This document shows positions 60,383 through 64,000 of a stretch of DNA of 64,000 nt, piece after piece (positions within the stretch are counted from its first letter, which is position 1; the number at the start of each line of letters is the position of its first letter). Under the pieces are notes generated by a model. The model was not told the origin of the DNA, did not search any database, and saw nothing but the letters and a program-made list of their open reading frames with translations. A program made the position numbers and the translations under genes. This stretch comes from an uncultured Candidatus Saccharibacteria bacterium (GTDB lineage: Bacteria; Patescibacteriota; Minisyncoccia; Phycocordibacterales; UBA2100), in contig CAYGKV010000004.1 of NCBI GenBank assembly GCA_964350885.1, positions 4,480 through 68,479 on the forward strand, read 5' to 3'.

Positions 60383-61669
60383 ATGCCGCTCTCTTGGGTG
60401 AAAAATATTGAGACGCTCTCGAGCAGCAAGCCGCGCGCGGACGCACTCCGCATCCTCGAGGCGGGGTATGATGCGATCAATACCGAACGCATCGTGCAGA
60501 CGCACATTTCCGTTACCGATGAATCCATAACGGTGCGCGGGCACACATTCGACATTCGGCCGTTCAAAAACATTTATCTCATGGGCTTTGGCAAGGGATC
60601 GTGTGTCGCGATCAATGAGCTCTACAATCTTCTCAAGACACGCGTGAAAAAAAGCGTCGTGATAGATCGGGCGGTTCTTACGACATGCCCCGTCGAGATC
60701 GAAGCCTTTGCGGGAACACATCCGCTTCCCTCGGAGACCAACGTGAAAGCGACGCAGGTGCTCATGGGGGTGGCTGAGGAGGCGGGCGAGGACGATCTCG
60801 TGCTGGTCGTTGTCGCGGGCGGCGGTTCGGCGCTCTTGTGCTCATCGATAGAAGAGTGCGACCAAAGCACGCGTCTTTTTGAAGAATTCGAGCGGGTAGG
60901 TGCGCCCATTGAAGAGGTCAATCTGGTGCGAAAGCATATTTCGAGCCTCAAGGGAGGAGGATTGGCCGAGGTGCTTCATCCGGCGACCGTCGTCGGGCTT
61001 GTGTTTTCGGATATCGTCGGCGGCAATCCGGAGGAAGTAGCGTCAGGCCCGACGTACTATGACGCATCGACCATCGACGACGCGCGGGCGGTCCTTCAGC
61101 GCTACGGGCTTGAAAGTAAATTCGTGCTGCAAGAGACGCCGAAAGATCGGAGCCATTTTGAGAAGGTGACCAACATTGTCCTCATTTCGAACGAAGACGC
61201 ACTTGAAGCGATGGGAAATGTAGCGCATTCGATTGGATACAAAAGCGTCATCGTGCCAAAGCCTCTGTATGAATTCACGCAAGAAGCGCTGCAGGAAATA
61301 TTCTCACGCGGAGCGCCGGGCACAGTCGTCCTCGCCGGCGGCGAGGTTCGTTTCAAGGTGCCGGAAGATCACGGGCAGGGAGGACGGTGTCAATTTTTTG
61401 CACTCGAGGCTCTACATATGCTCGGGCCCCGCGATATCTTCGTCGCGGCCGCCTCCGACGGCCGCGACAACAGCGAGAAGGCCGGCGCAATCGTCGATCA
61501 GGGGACGGTAGAGCGCATTGCGGAACAGAAGATCAATCTTGAGCACCATCGTGCGCGTGCCGACACCATCCCCGCGTTCGAAAAGACGGGAGACGAAATC
61601 CTTACCGGTCCGACGGAAGCCAACGTCTCGGATTGGTATTTTTTGCTCACTCCCATAGACGCACCATGA
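60383..61669 (+). CDS. glycerate 2-kinase (MOFRL/GckA family)
   Basis: DUF4147 N-domain + MOFRL C-domain architecture, ~428 aa; 4-nt ATGA overlap with enolase. Confidence 0.7.
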   Translation: MPLSWVKNIETLSSSKPRADALRILEAGYDAINTERIVQTHISVTDESITVRGHTFDIRPFKNIYLMGFGKGSCVAINELYNLLKTRVKKSVVIDRAVLTTCPVEIEAFAGTHPLPSETNVKATQVLMGVAEEAGEDDLVLVVVAGGGSALLCSSIEECDQSTRLFEEFERVGAPIEEVNLVRKHISSLKGGGLAEVLHPATVVGLVFSDIVGGNPEEVASGPTYYDASTIDDARAVLQRYGLESKFVLQETPKDRSHFEKVTNIVLISNEDALEAMGNVAHSIGYKSVIVPKPLYEFTQEALQEIFSRGAPGTVVLAGGEVRFKVPEDHGQGGRCQFFALEALHMLGPRDIFVAAASDGRDNSEKAGAIVDQGTVERIAEQKINLEHHRARADTIPAFEKTGDEILTGPTEANVSDWYFLLTPIDAP

Positions 61670-62898
61670 AAATCAAACACATACGTGCCGAAGAAATTCA
61701 CGACTCCCGTGGGAACCCCACGCTCGCTGTGTCAGTCGCGTGTAAAGACGGCTCAAAGGGATCGTTCTCTGTTCCTTCCGGCGCGAGCACAGGCGCCAAT
61801 GAAGCACTCGAACTACGGGACGGCGTGGGATCCGCTGCGCACGTTTCAAAAGCCATACGCAATATTGCGACGGAAATCAATGACGCGCTCATCGGAATGG
61901 ACGTGACCGATCAAAAGGCACTCGACAGAGCGCTCATCGCCCTCGATGGCACAGAAAATAAATCACGACTTGGCGGCAATGCGCTTATCGGCGTAAGCGC
62001 CGCCGCGTGTTGTGCCGCGGCAAAAACAAAACACGTCGAACTCTATGAACACCTACGCACGCTCGCCGATATCGCGCCTTCGCATGAGAAAGCACCATTC
62101 TTGTACATGAATCTCGTCAACGGCGGAAAGCATGCAGCTACGCGGCTCGCGTTCCAAGAGTACATGATTGTTCCTGAAACGGAATCTCCACAGGAGGCTC
62201 TCGCGCTTGGTATTGAAGTGATGCGCCGCGTCGAGGAGCGCGTGACTGCGCTTTACGGTTCAGAAGCACTGCTGATAGGATATGAGGGGGGTATCGCGCT
62301 CGATGTAAACGATACCGAAATTCCGCTCAGGATGTTGAGCGAGATCAGAAAAGAGATCGGAAAGCGTGGCGCATTTCGCATCGCGCTCGATGTCGCCGCG
62401 AGCTCATTTTTTGAAAACGGCTTGTATCGCAGCGACGATAGAACTCTTCTCCCCGATGAACTCAGTGAGCGCGTCGCGACGTACGCCTCTACGTACGACC
62501 TGCTCTCAATAGAAGATCCATTCGAGGAAAATGATTTTGCTTCCTTTGCAAATCTCAAGGCGGCCTCTCCGCAGGCAATAATAGTCGGAGATGACCTCAC
62601 GACGACAAATGTGCAGCGTTTGCAAAAAGCGATCGACGAGAGCAGTATTGGAGCTGTCGTCATTAAGTTGAACCAAGTAGGGACGGTGAGCGAGACGCTG
62701 GAGGCGATGGCGCTTGCGCGGAAACATGGTATTGATTGTATTGTGAGCCACCGAAGTGGCGAGACTCTGGACACATTCATTTCCGACCTTGCATTTGCAT
62801 TCGGCACGTTCGGCATCAAAGTCGGCGCTCCACGTATGAGGGAACGCATGGTAAAAATAGAACGACTGATAGAGATAGCGAACACAAACACATCATGA
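61666..62898 (+). CDS. eno: enolase (phosphopyruvate hydratase)
   Basis: Start MKIKHIRAEEIHDSRGNPTL; metal/active-site motifs incl. SHRSGETLD and catalytic Lys region. Confidence 0.9.
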   Translation: MKIKHIRAEEIHDSRGNPTLAVSVACKDGSKGSFSVPSGASTGANEALELRDGVGSAAHVSKAIRNIATEINDALIGMDVTDQKALDRALIALDGTENKSRLGGNALIGVSAAACCAAAKTKHVELYEHLRTLADIAPSHEKAPFLYMNLVNGGKHAATRLAFQEYMIVPETESPQEALALGIEVMRRVEERVTALYGSEALLIGYEGGIALDVNDTEIPLRMLSEIRKEIGKRGAFRIALDVAASSFFENGLYRSDDRTLLPDELSERVATYASTYDLLSIEDPFEENDFASFANLKAASPQAIIVGDDLTTTNVQRLQKAIDESSIGAVVIKLNQVGTVSETLEAMALARKHGIDCIVSHRSGETLDTFISDLAFAFGTFGIKVGAPRMRERMVKIERLIEIANTNTS

Positions 62899-63692
62899 CA
62901 TCATCACGCGTTCAGATCATTGCGACCATTGGCCCAGTCTCCGGCGCGCAAGAAATTTTGGAGCGCCTTGTGGATGTTGGTATGGACGTTATGCGGCTGA
63001 ATTTCTCGCACGGCACGCATGATGAGCACGCCTCGTATATCGCGAATCTGCGGCGTGCTGCACGGCAAAACGGTAAGCGAGTGCCAATCATTCTGGATAT
63101 TTCGGGTCCACGCGTACAGACGAGACAGGGACACGCGTTCGATGCAAAGAAAGAAAAGATCACGGAAAAAGACCTGCGCGACCTCGATTTCGGAATCGCG
63201 CACGGCATCGATTACATCGCACAGTCGTATGTGGGCGATGCGGATGACGTTGTCGCGATGCGCTCCGAGATAGAGCGTCGCGGAGCGAGAATTCCCATCA
63301 TCGCAAAGATAGAGCGTCGCGAGGCAGTGGAGAAGGCTGATGAAATTATTGCGGCAGCGGATGCGGTCATGATAGGACGCGGGGACCTCGGAGAAGAAAT
63401 GCCCGTCGAACGAATCCCATTCATCGAAAAAGAACTTATCGAGAAATGCAATCGGGCCGGAAAATCCGTCATCACTGCAACGCAAATGATGTTTTCCATG
63501 ATAGAGAAGCCGACTCCAACACGCGCCGAGGTGACCGATGTGACCTATGCAGTTGTGTGTGGATCGGACGCGATCATGCTCTCGGAAGAAACCGCGCTCG
63601 GCCAGTATCCGGTCGAGGCAGTTGCGGCAATGGAGAAAATTGCTCGTGAGGCGGAGCGGCACATGCCGAGTCGAAAACAGCGTCTTCTGTAG
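62895..63692 (+). CDS. minimal pyruvate kinase-like protein (A/TIM-barrel domain only; B lid and C-terminal domains absent)
   Basis: PK signatures IIATIGP, MRLNFSHG, MIGRGDLGEEMP, ATQMMFSMIEKPTPTRAEVTDVTYAV present; LDISGPRVQTRQ continues directly into the second barrel half with no ~100-aa B domain; ORF ends after barrel (265 aa). Confidence 0.6.
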   Translation: MTSSRVQIIATIGPVSGAQEILERLVDVGMDVMRLNFSHGTHDEHASYIANLRRAARQNGKRVPIILDISGPRVQTRQGHAFDAKKEKITEKDLRDLDFGIAHGIDYIAQSYVGDADDVVAMRSEIERRGARIPIIAKIERREAVEKADEIIAAADAVMIGRGDLGEEMPVERIPFIEKELIEKCNRAGKSVITATQMMFSMIEKPTPTRAEVTDVTYAVVCGSDAIMLSEETALGQYPVEAVAAMEKIAREAERHMPSRKQRLL

Positions 63693-63950
63693 TGAGAATT
63701 GGGCAGGATAAAACAAGTCGGGAAAAGCGGAAAAGCTGTCGAGTACGCGCGCAGTTGAATTTGAGTGCAAGGGAGCCACGCCGTCTCATCTGACGCATTT
63801 GAGACGGCGTGATTGATGCGCGCGGACTGGGTGGGTGGGGCAAGCACATATAGATTTTGAGCCTCGCCATTCCTTAAAGAATTTTGTATGGCGAGGCTCC
63901 TTTGGTATTTGAATCCCGCCACTTTTTTCCTAAAAGGAAGCCGCCCCTCG

Positions 63951-64000
63951 CCTTTGCCGCCCATTCAATTTTAAAAAAATCCCCCCCGCAAAAAATAAGC
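63951..64000. repeat. ~50-nt repeat element, copy 2 (truncated by window end)
   Basis: See 58682..58736; shares CCATTCAATTTT...CCCCCCGC...AAAAATAAG in inverted orientation. Confidence 0.55.

Overview
Gene-dense bacterial chromosomal segment with short spacers, many 1-4 nt start/stop overlaps, numerous small secreted or membrane proteins and a very pilin-rich repertoire. This is compatible with a reduced-genome lineage such as Patescibacteria/CPR, but the sequence alone does not prove taxonomy. Content in order: (1) a minus-strand copper-homeostasis island (CopA P1B-ATPase, two CsoR-family repressors, multicopper oxidase, DUF302, SHOCT, cupredoxin-like, DsbA-like plus a CxxC membrane partner) interrupted by an IS481-like transposase. 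A perfect 24-bp palindrome sits in the copA/csoR promoter. (2) Housekeeping genes: CapA, IMPDH-family, CTP synthase, FtsEX, RF2, GatCA, LigA, RecG, FtsH, PyrC, malic enzyme. (3) Nine tRNAs (Gln, Thr x2, Asp, Met, fMet, Ser, and one with an unusual TAT anticodon) plus smpB-ssrA (tmRNA). (4) A complete type IV pilus/competence cluster: four pseudopilins, prepilin peptidase, major pilin, PilC, PilT, a REC protein, PilB, PilP-like, PilO, PilN, PilM and ComF. (5) Mobile-element relics: a truncated serine recombinase abutting the tmRNA 3' end; att-like partial copies of the initiator-tRNA 3' end next to a TM+HEPN-like protein; two paralogous HTH+LAGLIDADG-like proteins each directly upstream of a CAT/TAT-anticodon tRNA. 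(6) A glycerate-to-pyruvate operon (2-hydroxyacid dehydrogenase, glycerate kinase, enolase, and a minimal A-domain-only pyruvate kinase) flanked by a ~50-nt inverted repeat. No CRISPR array or rRNA was seen.
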